This document shows, piece after piece, positions 18,807-28,539 of a stretch of 64,000 bases of DNA (position 1 is the first letter of the stretch; each line of letters starts with the position of its first letter). The stretch comes from Chloroflexota bacterium (GTDB lineage Bacteria; Chloroflexota; UBA11872; UBA12225), in contig DAOTTI010000189.1 in NCBI GenBank assembly GCA_034437795.1, forward strand, positions 16,479 to 80,478, in the 5' to 3' direction. The position numbers and the translations under genes are program-made. The notes below the pieces were generated by a model. It saw nothing but the letters and a program-made list of their open reading frames with translations. It was not told the DNA's origin and searched no databases.

Positions 18807-20084
18807 ATGACCATGGCGGCGACAGAACGACCACACCGGCGGCGGGTGGTGATTACCGGAATGGGCTCAGTGAACCCGCTGGCCCACACCATGGACGAGA
18901 CGTGGCGCCGCCTCATTGCGGGGGCGTCGGGGATCACGCGGATCACCCACTTCGATCCGGTAGAGTTGGGCCTGGCCACGCACATCGCCGGCGAGGTCAG
19001 GGACTTTGACCCGACGAACTACTTCGACGCGCGGGCGGCGCGCCGGATGGACCGCTTCTGTCAGCTAGCGGTGGCGGCGACACTGGAAGCCGTCCGCAAC
19101 GCGCGCCTAGAGATCAACGATCACAATCGCGACGACATCGCGGTGCTGTTTGCGACCGGCGCCGGCGGCCTGCACACGATTGTGGAGCAGGAGAACGTGC
19201 GTCTGACCAAGGGGGCGCGCCGGCTGAGCCCGCTCGCCGTTCCCGCGCTGATGCCCAACGCCGTCGCCGGCCAGATCGGGCTGCTCCTGGGTATTCGCGG
19301 GCGCGGCATCTCCGTCGCCTCCGCCTGCGCGTCCAGCAACGACGCCATCGGCATGGCGGCGGCCATTATCCAGATGGGATGGGCGTCGACGGTGATCACG
19401 GGCGGCACGGAAGCGGCCATCTTGCCCCTGGCCATCGCCAGCTTCAACCAGGCGGGGGCGCTCTCCACGGCCTTCAACGACGAGCCGCACCGCGCCAGCC
19501 GGCCCTTCGATCGCGATCGTGACGGGTTCGTGCTGAGCGAGATGGGCACGGCCCTGGTGCTGGAGGACTACGAGCAGGCCAGGCGCCGCGACGCGCCAAT
19601 CTGGGCGGAGGTGGCAGGCTACGGCGCCTCAATGGACGCGTTCCACCTGGTGGCCCCGCCGCCGGATGGAAACGGCGCCGTGCGCGCGATGCAGGCGGCG
19701 CTGGCCGACGCAGGGCTCCGGCCGGATGAGATCGACTACATTAGCGCCCATGGCACGAGCACCCCGCTCAATGATCGGGTGGAGACGGTGGCGATCAAGA
19801 CGGTCTTTGGGGAGCACGCCTACCGTATCCCCGTGAGCTCGATCAAGAGCATGGTCGGCCACTCGGCGGGGGGCTGCGGGGCGTTGGAGGCGGCGGCCTG
19901 CGCCTATGCACTGCAGGAGGGTGTGGTCCCACCCACGATCAACTACGAGTACCCCGACCCTGAGTGCGACCTGGACTACGTCCCCAACCAGGCGCGCAAG
20001 GTGGAGGTTCGGGCCGCCCTCTCCAACAACTTCGGGTTCGGCGGACACAATTCGTGCATCATCCTGCGAAAGGTAGACGGCTAG
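18807..20084 (+). CDS. fabF: 3-oxoacyl-[ACP] synthase II (KAS II).
   Basis: 425 aa. Active-site Cys context (SVASACASSNDAIG), and HGTST/GHSAG His motifs. Confidence 0.9.
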   Translation: MTMAATERPHRRRVVITGMGSVNPLAHTMDETWRRLIAGASGITRITHFDPVELGLATHIAGEVRDFDPTNYFDARAARRMDRFCQLAVAATLEAVRNARLEINDHNRDDIAVLFATGAGGLHTIVEQENVRLTKGARRLSPLAVPALMPNAVAGQIGLLLGIRGRGISVASACASSNDAIGMAAAIIQMGWASTVITGGTEAAILPLAIASFNQAGALSTAFNDEPHRASRPFDRDRDGFVLSEMGTALVLEDYEQARRRDAPIWAEVAGYGASMDAFHLVAPPPDGNGAVRAMQAALADAGLRPDEIDYISAHGTSTPLNDRVETVAIKTVFGEHAYRIPVSSIKSMVGHSAGGCGALEAAACAYALQEGVVPPTINYEYPDPECDLDYVPNQARKVEVRAALSNNFGFGGHNSCIILRKVDG

Positions 20085-20178
20085 CGGCGGCCGGTAGGCG
20101 CCCGCTTCCGCGGCCTGCCCGCCAGGGAGCGCCACCACCGGGGACGGATCTTGAGCGGTTAGGAGGACCATTCGACCG

Positions 20179-21093
20179 ATGAGCGTATCGACTGCTGCCG
20201 TGGAGGCCCAGGAAGTGTCCGTTGGGGCGCGTAGCTTTAGCTTCGAGTGGTTCTCGAGCTTGCCCCGCTACCGCGCCGCGAACCGGGCGCAGCTCGAGGC
20301 GTTCCTGGCCGACGTGCGCGTACCCTGGCCGTGGCAGGGGATCGACGTCGCCTGCGGCGTGGGCCTGATGAGCGAGCTGTGCCACGAGATCGCCGATAAG
20401 ATCGGGGCGCTGATCCAGCGCACGGTGTGTATTGACCTCGACCGCCAGGCGCTGGAGATTGCGCGGGAGAAACTCGCCCGCTATCCGGCCAATTTTCTAC
20501 AGAGCGTGGGGCAGCGCCTGCCCATTCGCGACGGCACCGCCAGCTTCGTCGTCATCGGAAACGGCATCCACAACTTTGGGGCGCAGGACAAGATTGCCCT
20601 GCTGAAGGAGGCCTTCCGCGTCCTGCGCAGCGGCGCCAGCCTCTTCTTCAACAGTGCCTTCTATGAAGGCTCGGTGGTGGAAGGCACCGAGCGCTTCTAC
20701 CATGAGAAGCTGCGCGGCGCCATCCGCAACATCATGCGGTTGAAGCCACGGCCGGCGGAGATGGAGGGCGAGAAGCCGGAGGCCATCAGACAGATCACGC
20801 CGGAGGAGTACGTGGCTCTCACGCGCCAGGCCGGCTTCACCGACGTCGACCACCATGAGACGTCGGTCAAGCTCGACCAGGAGCTGTGGGAAGCCATCTG
20901 TGACTACAGCGAATACGCGCAGGGGGCGCTGCATTACAAGTACCCGGCAGAGGTCGCCTGTCCGGCGCTGCGCCAGGCCGTGCGCGACATCTTCGCCGAC
21001 CCGAACTGGGAGCAGAAGTTCCCGGGCATGGAAGAGAGCGGGCGGCGGTTCATCCCGCGCCGCTGGCTGTGGGTCACCGCCCGCAAGCCATAG
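20179..21093 (+). CDS. Class I SAM-dependent methyltransferase.
   Basis: Motif I VDVACGVGLMS, and a post-I acidic residue. Confidence 0.75.
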   Translation: MSVSTAAVEAQEVSVGARSFSFEWFSSLPRYRAANRAQLEAFLADVRVPWPWQGIDVACGVGLMSELCHEIADKIGALIQRTVCIDLDRQALEIAREKLARYPANFLQSVGQRLPIRDGTASFVVIGNGIHNFGAQDKIALLKEAFRVLRSGASLFFNSAFYEGSVVEGTERFYHEKLRGAIRNIMRLKPRPAEMEGEKPEAIRQITPEEYVALTRQAGFTDVDHHETSVKLDQELWEAICDYSEYAQGALHYKYPAEVACPALRQAVRDIFADPNWEQKFPGMEESGRRFIPRRWLWVTARKP

Positions 21094-21205
21094 GGCGAGC
21101 CATCGGCGAAGGGCTGGCGCCCGATCCCGCACCCGCCACGACCACGAGAGCACGAGTTGACCCATCAGCCAAAAGACCCAGGTACAGGCACAGGTACAGC
21201 AGCTC

Positions 21206-21658
21206 ATGGGCCGCTACTTCGATGAGCTGACCGAGGGCGAGTCGTTCACCAGCCCGGCGCGCGTGGTCACGGAAGCCGACCTGGACGCCTTCATCCGGCT
21301 CACAGGGGACGATAACCGGCTCCACACGGACGACGCGTTCGCACAGGCGAGCGGGTTCCAGCGCCGCATCGCGCACGGGGCGCTGGTGGTGAGCCTGGCC
21401 ACCGGCCTGGCGTGGCAGACCGGCCTGCTCACCGATACCACGATGGCCTTCCGCTCGATTGAGAGCTGGAAGTTCACTGCCCCCGTCTATCCTGGAGACG
21501 CGATCACGCTGCGCGGGCGCATCGCCGAGTGCCGCGCATTGCCGCGCCTGGGCGGCGGACTGGTGCGGTTCGATCTGGAGGTAGTCAACCAGCGTGAGCA
21601 GGTGGTGAGCAGCGGCAGCCTGCGGATGCTGATGCGCTCCCGGCCTGCGTCGCCATGA
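21206..21658 (+). CDS. MaoC-like (R)-specific enoyl-CoA hydratase / hotdog-fold dehydratase.
   Basis: 150 aa. NRLHTDDAFA...GFQRRIAHG hydratase-2 motif. Confidence 0.8.
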   Translation: MGRYFDELTEGESFTSPARVVTEADLDAFIRLTGDDNRLHTDDAFAQASGFQRRIAHGALVVSLATGLAWQTGLLTDTTMAFRSIESWKFTAPVYPGDAITLRGRIAECRALPRLGGGLVRFDLEVVNQREQVVSSGSLRMLMRSRPASP

Positions 21659-21745
21659 GCTGGCCCGGCGGGGGACGGCGGGCCTTGCACCGCCTGGCAT
21701 GCTGAATGCGAGGAACGGACCACAGGACCACGGAAGGGAGCGAGC

Positions 21746-22150
21746 ATGGCCGAGACACAGGTGGAACGCAAACTACCTAACGACCAGTGGGATGGCGGCT
21801 GGGTAGCCGAGGCGAACGAATGGAAGCCCCGCCCGCGTGATCGCGTCATCGGCGGGATCGAGTGGCTGGCGCGCATGTCCGACAAGGCCCGCGCCAAGGC
21901 GAGAGGCACCATCGGCGCGTACATCTATCCCTGCCCGGCCGACCGGCGCCTGCTGGAGGCTCTACAGATTGACGCCGAGCTCTTCCAGCAGATCGCACTG
22001 CAGGCCAGCAACGACGACGAACTGGTCGAGGCGGTACGGGAGACGAGCCCCACGATCCGCACAGGCACGTTCCACTTCACCCGCCGGCCGGCGGGCGCGC
22101 AGATGTCGCCCGGCGGCCAGCCTGGCCAGCCGCCACACCAGCCGGCATAG
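21746..22150 (+). CDS. DUF5069-family protein (paralog of the 15833 gene).
   Basis: Shared motif block with 15833..16294. Confidence 0.65.
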   Translation: MAETQVERKLPNDQWDGGWVAEANEWKPRPRDRVIGGIEWLARMSDKARAKARGTIGAYIYPCPADRRLLEALQIDAELFQQIALQASNDDELVEAVRETSPTIRTGTFHFTRRPAGAQMSPGGQPGQPPHQPA

Positions 22151-22433
22151 CGGGCCGGCATAGCCGTCATAGCGGGCCGGCAATGCCACGCGCTGCGGCT
22201 TGCACATGCCGGTAGCGTCTTGGTTCATTCCGGACTCATCCGGAGACATCGCTCCGCCCGCGCACAGGCCACGTCCTATGGCATGCAGCCGCCGGTGGCC
22301 TTGCCCGGCGCGGCGCACCGTTCCCTCTCCCTGTAATCGTCCCGCCTCCGCTAGGCACCCGCGGCGAGAGGTAAGGCTCGCTACTCGCTACTCGCCACTC
22401 ACTACTTCCGCCAGGAGCGGGCGTAGGCGAGGC

Positions 22434-23789
22434 TCACGTGTGCACCGCGTCCGCCTCGTGGGAGCGCATCATCGTCGGGTCATTGCGCCGCGGGTCCTGC
22501 GGGGCCGCCTTCATCTCATCGCCGTCGGCCATCATGGCCATCGGCATCGGCTGGCCGCCGTCGGGCCCTGAGGCGGGGCGAGGCTGGTTGGCGGCGCAGG
22601 GCGTGCCGAACCTGGGCAGGCCGAACGGCAGATGAGTCCAGCCCCGCGCGAGAATGTGCAAGTGGTTGGCTGGCTCAGTGCGGCCCTTCGAGCCCCACAT
22701 GGTGAAGGAGCGGGCGTTGGCGTAGTGGCAGACGAGCGCGCGCCGGAAGCGGTTCCTGGAGCGGTTGCTGTGCGAGCGGTGCAGGATATGGCCGCCGAAG
22801 AAGATCACGTCGCCCGGCTCGGCAATGCCCGGCACCTCGCGCCCGGGATACTTGGCGGCGATCCGCGAGAGCGTGTTCAGCTCAGTGTCCATGTGGCTGA
22901 CGTGCTCCACCACCATCAGGTCACGCAGATTGGAGTGGTTCTGCGTGATGCGATCCTCGGTGGGGTAGATGGGCTCGTGCTGCGAGCCCACGGTGAACCA
23001 GACGCACCCGTTCTCCTCATCCGCGCGGTCCACGGCGATCCAGGCCCCGCAGAGCGTATCCGGGTAGGTGGGGATGTAGTAGGAATCCTGGTGGTAGCCC
23101 TGGCCGGCCCCGCCCGGCGCCTTGATGAAGAACATCGTCTGCATCGCCATCACGTCCGGGCCGATGAGCGCCTCCAGCACGTCCAGCACCCTGGGGTGGA
23201 GCAGATAGCGCTCCTCGATCTCCAGGTGCCGGTGGAGCATGTGGATGCGCAGGTAGCGGCGCTCGATCTCTTCGATCGACATGCCGGGGGGCGGGGGCTC
23301 CAGACCGGGGACGTTGACGCGGCCGAACATGAGGTCTTCGGAATGCCGGATCAGCTCCTCGATCTCGTCGGAGTTGAGCAGACCCTTCACGATGAGAAAG
23401 CCCTGCTCGTGGAAGCGGACGTACTCTGAGACCGAGACGTGGTAGCGCTCCCGCTGCTCCGAGAAGTCGGTCGCAATGCGTTCAGGGCGCAGCCATTGCT
23501 GCGCTACCGGCTCCGCCGGCGCCGGCCCTACCGGCGTAGCGCCGATCACCGACCTTGGGGCTGGTGCCGGCAGGGGCGGCGCCAGCACGCCGGGGGCGCC
23601 ATTCCTGCGCGCCGGCCGTGACGACGGCGGGGCGCCCATCGCGCCCATGGCCTCGCTCGCGCTCATGCTCCCCAAAGCGCCCGTGGTCTCCATCGCGCGC
23701 ATGGCCTCCATGGCGCCCATGGCAGCACCACTCGCCGGCTCACTCCCTGTCGTACCAGACATGTCCTGCCCTCCGCGTTCGTCTTTCAT
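22434..23789 (-). CDS. Phytanoyl-CoA dioxygenase (PhyH) family Fe(II)/2-oxoglutarate oxygenase with Met-rich N- and C-terminal extensions.
   Basis: HQD...H facial triad region (GQGYHQDSYY). N-terminus AMGAMEAMRAMET, and C-terminus MPMAMMADGDEM. The true start among the several Met codons is uncertain. Confidence 0.7.
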   Translation of the reverse strand: MKDERGGQDMSGTTGSEPASGAAMGAMEAMRAMETTGALGSMSASEAMGAMGAPPSSRPARRNGAPGVLAPPLPAPAPRSVIGATPVGPAPAEPVAQQWLRPERIATDFSEQRERYHVSVSEYVRFHEQGFLIVKGLLNSDEIEELIRHSEDLMFGRVNVPGLEPPPPGMSIEEIERRYLRIHMLHRHLEIEERYLLHPRVLDVLEALIGPDVMAMQTMFFIKAPGGAGQGYHQDSYYIPTYPDTLCGAWIAVDRADEENGCVWFTVGSQHEPIYPTEDRITQNHSNLRDLMVVEHVSHMDTELNTLSRIAAKYPGREVPGIAEPGDVIFFGGHILHRSHSNRSRNRFRRALVCHYANARSFTMWGSKGRTEPANHLHILARGWTHLPFGLPRFGTPCAANQPRPASGPDGGQPMPMAMMADGDEMKAAPQDPRRNDPTMMRSHEADAVHT

Positions 23790-23985
23790 ATCCGCGTTAC
23801 GGTAACACGTCTGTCGCAGGCACGCATCCTGTGGGGTGAGTAGGGGTGCAACCAGTTCTTCCCGACGCGCACTCTTGAGTCCCGTCTCCCATAGGGGGAG
23901 GGCGATGGCTCCGCCATTCGGGAAAACCGGCTGCGCGCGGTGAGCAAGGGTGCACGCAGAACTTCCGGATCAGCCGGTGCAGGGA

Positions 23986-24160
23986 ACCTTACTCCCTTCG
24001 GCCGGGGCCGCGCCGCTCCGGGATGCCAGCCCTCACCCCTGGCCCCCCTCCCGCGTGCGGGAGAGGGGGACGACGGCCACCGCCGTGCGGCTTGGCCCCG
24101 CTGCCTCCTTTCCGTGTCGGAGGGGGACACGGGCCATGGCGCGGCCCGATCCGGATCTTT
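23986..24160 (+). repeat. Composite dispersed repeat, copy 2 (see 9991..10205).
   Basis: Shared 20-30-nt blocks. Confidence 0.6.
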
Positions 24161-24275
24161 CGGGCACGCCCGGCGAGTAGACTGAGCGAAGCCGGCGCCC
24201 ACCGTGTCCCTTGGCCCCACCAGACGCCGGCCAGGGAGAGGCGCCCGAGCTGGCTCAGCCGTGGAGGCCAGTCAG

Positions 24276-24674
24276 ATGCCGCCTGCCCCGCCTGATCTCG
24301 TCATCCTGCTACGGTTGGTGGTGGCCCTGGCGCTTGGAGCGGCCATCGGCTGGGAGCGCGAGGAGGCGCGCAAGGCGGCCGGACTGCGCACGCACATGCT
24401 GGTCGCCCTCGCCGCCGCGCTGTTCGTCGCTGTGGGAGACGCGTTCGTGGACCGGTTCGCGGCGCAGGACGCCCAGTCCGTGCTCCGTGCCGACCCCGTC
24501 CGCATCATTGAGGCGATCGTCACCGGGGTGAGCTTTCTGGGCGCGGGCGTGATCTTCGTCCGCCGGGGCCGCGAACGAGTGATCGGGCTCACCACGGCCG
24601 CGTCTCTGTGGGCCACGGCTAGCCTCTGTTCTTGCGGTACTATCGCCGCATGCAGACGTACGCCGGCACTGTGA
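24276..24674 (+). CDS. MgtC/SapB-family membrane protein (short form).
   Basis: [10 protein letters not shown] and [12 protein letters not shown] motifs. About 133 aa from the MPPAPP start. The 3' end overlaps the start of the next gene. Confidence 0.65.
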   Translation: MPPAPPDLVILLRLVVALALGAAIGWEREEARKAAGLRTHMLVALAAALFVAVGDAFVDRFAAQDAQSVLRADPVRIIEAIVTGVSFLGAGVIFVRRGRERVIGLTTAASLWATASLCSCGTIAACRRTPAL

Positions 24675-26275
24675 ACGCCCCAGAGTTTCCAGCGGGCCTG
24701 GACTGGATCAACACCAGCCGGCCCATCCGTCTGGCCGACCTGCGCGGGAAGCTGGTCATCCTGGACTTCTGGACCTTCTGCTGAATTAACTGTCTGCATG
24801 TGCTCCCTGGTCTGAGGGAGATTGAGCAGCGCTACCCCGATCGCGTGGTCGTGATCGGTATTCACTCGGCCAAGTTCCCCGAGGAGCAAGCGACGGAAGC
24901 GGTGCGCCAGGCCGTGCGCCGGCACAACGTCCGGCACCCTGTAGCGAACGACCGGCACTTCCAGGTCTGGCAGCAGTACGCCTGCCGCGCCTGGCCGACG
25001 CTCATGTTCATCGACCCGCGGGGCAAAGTGATCGGCCGGCACGAGGGTGAGTTCGAGACGGATCAGCTGGTGCGCGTGGTGGACGCGATGCTGCAGGAGT
25101 TCGAGGCCGCCGGCTGGCTCCAGCCGGGCGTGATTGAGTTCGGTGTAGCAGGGGCGGCGGCCCAGCCGGCGCCGGAAGGGACCGGCCCGCTGGCCTTTCC
25201 AGGCAAGGTGGCGGTGGACGGCAGGGGGCGCGGGCACGTCCTGATCGCCGACAGCAACCACCACCGCCTGGTGATCACGGGCCTGCAGGTGATGGACGGG
25301 GCGGTCCACCACATCGTGGGCGGTCCCGAGCCAGGCCTGGCCGATGGCCCGCCGGACCAGGCCCGTTTCAACTGGCCCCAGGGTATTGCCGTCGATCCGC
25401 GCACCGGCGTGGTCTTCATTGCGGACACGGAGAACCACTGCATCCGGCGTCTTAGCCCGGATGGAGGGCGGGTGACGACAATCGCCGGCACAGGGCGCCC
25501 GGCCCGCATGCGCGGCACGGGCGGTCGCGCGCAGGAGACCGATCTCTCCAGCCCCTGGGACCTGGCCTTTCTCCCCGCTCCGGATGCGGGGCCGCCGACG
25601 GCGCCAGGCTCGCACCAGGACCCCCAAGACGACCGCGGGCTCCTGTTGATCGCCATGGCGGGCACGCATCAGATCTGGGCGCTGGACCTGGCGGCAGGCA
25701 CGATTGGCCCGTACGCGGGCACTGGGCGCGAGGCGCTGGTCGATGGCCCGCGGCGCGAGGCCTGCTTCGCGCAGCCTTCCGCGCTCTCGCTCGATAGCGA
25801 GAACTGGCGCCTCTTCGTGGCCGACAGCGAGACGAGCGCCATCCGCGTCATCGACCTCGCCTCGGGAGAGGTGTCCACCCTCATCGGCGCCGGCCTGTTT
25901 GAATTCGGTGACGTGGATGGCCCGGCGCAGGAGGCGCGTCTGCAGCACCCGCTGGGCGTTTGCTACTGGCCGGACGACCCGCGGGGCTCGTCCGTGCTCA
26001 TCGCCGACACCTATAACCACCGCATCAAGCGCCTGGACCTGGCGCGCCAGGAGGTGCGCGCCTTCGCCGGCGCCGGACCTCCGCCCGGATATGTCGATGG
26101 CCCCGCGCCCTCGGCCAGGTTCAACGAGCCGGGCGGGCTGGCGCTGGCGAGAGGCAGGCTCTTTGTGGCCGATACGAACAACCATCGGGTGCGGATGGTG
26201 GACCTGGCATCCATGGCGGTCAGCACCCTGGCGGTCGACGAGCGCCGGCGCGCGCACGATGAGAAGGAAGAATGA
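24650..26275 (+). CDS. Thioredoxin-like (redoxin) plus NHL-repeat protein (NHLRC2-like). It has an in-frame TGA at 24782-24784 at the first Cys of the CxxC motif (FC-TGA-INC). Either a selenoprotein (UxxC) or a nonsense-disrupted gene.
   Basis: The frame is continuous from ATG 24650 ([54 protein letters not shown]...) through to 26275. Thioredoxin-fold motifs lie upstream of the TGA and six NHL blades downstream. Confidence 0.7.
24803..24820 (+). promoter_or_regulatory. SECIS-like hairpin (ctccc-uggucuga-gggag) starting 19 nt 3' of the in-frame UGA. The apical loop contains GGUC.
   Basis: Direct reading. A GGUC apical loop at about +28 from the UGA resembles the E. coli fdhF bSECIS geometry, as I recall it. 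Confidence 0.45.
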
Positions 26276-26389
26276 AGAAGGCAAAAAGAAGAATGAAGAG
26301 TGAAGAAGGCGGACGGTGGGAGGGAGGCAGTGTATTAGGGGAGGCGGCGCTGGAAGGGATGACGCGGCTGGGGGAGCTGGAGTAGCGGC

Positions 26390-27145
26390 TCAGGCCACCT
26401 GGGTAGCCACCAGATCGACCTGCAGGCGGATCTCGTCGACCACTGACAGAACCACCGGCACGCGCGGGGGAACCATCCCAAAGTGGCCGAATGGGAACGA
26501 GGTGGTGGCCGTGCCGGTCAGGCTCGGCCCGTCGCGTCTGGCCCTGGCGTCCCAGGTAATCTCCCGTTGCACACCGTGGATGGTCATTAGGCCGGTCAGC
26601 GTGAAGCTGTATTCCCCTGCTTCCGGCAGGGGATTGGGCAGCCCGCCGGCATGCGTGGGCACGAACTCGGCCAGCGGGTACTGGTTCACCGCCAGGGTGT
26701 TGCGCTTGATGTACCCGTCGCGCAGGGCATCGTCGGTACGCAGGTCCCGTAGATCGACCGTGATCTTCGACTGCTCGGCGACAATACTCCCGTCGGCGCG
26801 CAGCACCAGCTGTCCGGTGACGGCGGTCGTGGTGCCGACGGCGTCGGTCGGGAATTGCAGGCGGGCCAGCTGCTCGCGAACGCGGAAGGTAGCCTTTGAC
26901 TGGCCTGGGACTACCTGGAATCGGACGCTGCCCGCAGGCGGAGGAGCGGTCTGGACCGTCGGTGAGGGCTGAGGAGATGGGGCAGGCGTCTGCGCCGGCT
27001 GGGCAGGGCCGGTGGTCTGCGCCCGGGCGGGAGTGGGCGATGCTTCTGGCACGGCCGCCCGCCCGCCGACCGTACCGCAGGCGGCCGGCAAGGGAGCGAG
27101 AAGGAGCAAGAGCGCTGGGCGGCGCCGCAACGGCTGTCCAGCCAT
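26390..27145 (-). CDS. YceI-family (polyisoprenoid-binding) lipoprotein.
   Basis: Signal peptide with LAPLPAACG lipobox-like. YceI-like beta-barrel motifs (KATFRVRE...TGQL). Confidence 0.75.
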   Translation of the reverse strand: MAGQPLRRRPALLLLLAPLPAACGTVGGRAAVPEASPTPARAQTTGPAQPAQTPAPSPQPSPTVQTAPPPAGSVRFQVVPGQSKATFRVREQLARLQFPTDAVGTTTAVTGQLVLRADGSIVAEQSKITVDLRDLRTDDALRDGYIKRNTLAVNQYPLAEFVPTHAGGLPNPLPEAGEYSFTLTGLMTIHGVQREITWDARARRDGPSLTGTATTSFPFGHFGMVPPRVPVVLSVVDEIRLQVDLVATQVA

Positions 27146-27559
27146 ACTCGCCGATACAGCGCAAGCCTAGCAGACGAAGGTGCCCCGCCTACAACCGGCG
27201 CCGCGCCGCCGGCTCTCGCACCGGTACCGGCACGCGTGCGGGCACCGGCCTCGGCTCGGAGCCGGGGAACAGGAGACGGCGCAGCAGGTCAAGCAGACGC
27301 TCCGGCCAGGTCTGCACCTGGGCCATCGCCGGCTCCAGCGACGTGCGGGCGGGCGGCGCGCCGGGCATCCAGCTAGATGAGTTGAGGTGGCCAGCAAATC
27401 GCATCATACCGCTCCCGTTGAGGTGCCCCGCCATAGCATACGGCGCGGAGGCCGGTCTGGTTGCCTGGCTAGGCCTCTTGGCAGCGACCCATGCAGAGCG
27501 CGTGCCGCCGGCGTCGGCTTAACAGTACTTTGGCGCGATGTAGGCTTTCCGGAGTTCGT

Positions 27560-28330
27560 CGGAAGAGGCTAGCCCTGCAAATCGTCGTTGGTGACCTCGA
27601 GAGCGGCGCGCTGGAAGCGTTGGTGGCGCAGGTCCGAGACGTGTTCCCGCGGTCCCAGGCAGGGGTGCGGAAGGGGACGCAGTACCTGCTGGGATTGGCC
27701 TCGGACCGGCCGCGCAAGAACGCGGCGCGGATGGCGGAGGCCCTGCCCGGCGTGACGCTGGAGCAGCTGCAGCCGTTCCTGGTGGACCGCCCCTGGGGCG
27801 CCGAGGCGCTGGACCGGCGCCGGCTCGACCTGGTGGGGCTGGGCTGGTCGGCCCCCACGACCGACGCGCTCTGGATCGACGACACGTTCGACGACACGGA
27901 GCTGCCCAAGCAGGGCAAGCAGTCGGTGGGGGGCAGCTGGGCACTCCTACGGGTTGCTGGGCACTCCTGCGGGTTGCTGGGCACTCCTACGGGTTGCTGG
28001 GCACTCCTACGGGTTGCTGGGCACGACCGCCAACGGCCGGCCCATCGTCACGGCGCACGACACCGATCCGTGGCGCGACTGGCCGGTGGGCACCCCGCTC
28101 TCCCTCCCCGAGCGGTGGGCCGACGACGGCGCGCGGCGGCGGGCGGCGCGGGTGCCAGAGGACGTCGTCTTCCAGACCAAGCCGGCGTGGGCGCTGGGGC
28201 TGCTCGACCGGGCGCAGGCGGCGGGGGTGGCGCACGTGGCGGTGACGGCCGACAGCGCCTACGGCGACATCCCCGACATCCTCGCCGGCCTGGAGGACCG
28301 TGACCCCGTGACGAGCCCTCCGTCGTGCAG
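27560..28330 (+). pseudogene. IS701-family (DDE) transposase remnant, frameshifted by a 20-nt tandem repeat expansion.
   Basis: N-terminal block [43 protein letters not shown]...[20 protein letters not shown] matches the IS701 Tnp N-terminus. The continuation ...[52 protein letters not shown] is in another frame, after the repeats at 27937-28025. Confidence 0.7.
27937..28025 (+). repeat. 20-nt tandem repeat (ctgggcactcctRcgggttg) x about 4 inside the IS701 transposase remnant.
   Basis: Direct reading. The length is not a multiple of 3. Confidence 0.8.
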
Positions 28331-28539
28331 GTCAGCAAGCCCTTTGGCGTCCGGTTGTCAGCGGCGGTGGTCGCCGTGGCGGGGCGTTCCATCCCGCCTG
28401 GCCGGCGGCCCGGTCGCTAGCGCAAGGACGGCACGGTGCCCGAGGCCCGAGGCGCCACACGGCGGCCGCGGGCGTCCCCGTACCAGGGGCCCACATCCCA
28501 CGCAGGTAGCTCCGTAGTCGACGGCTGTAGACGGCGGCG

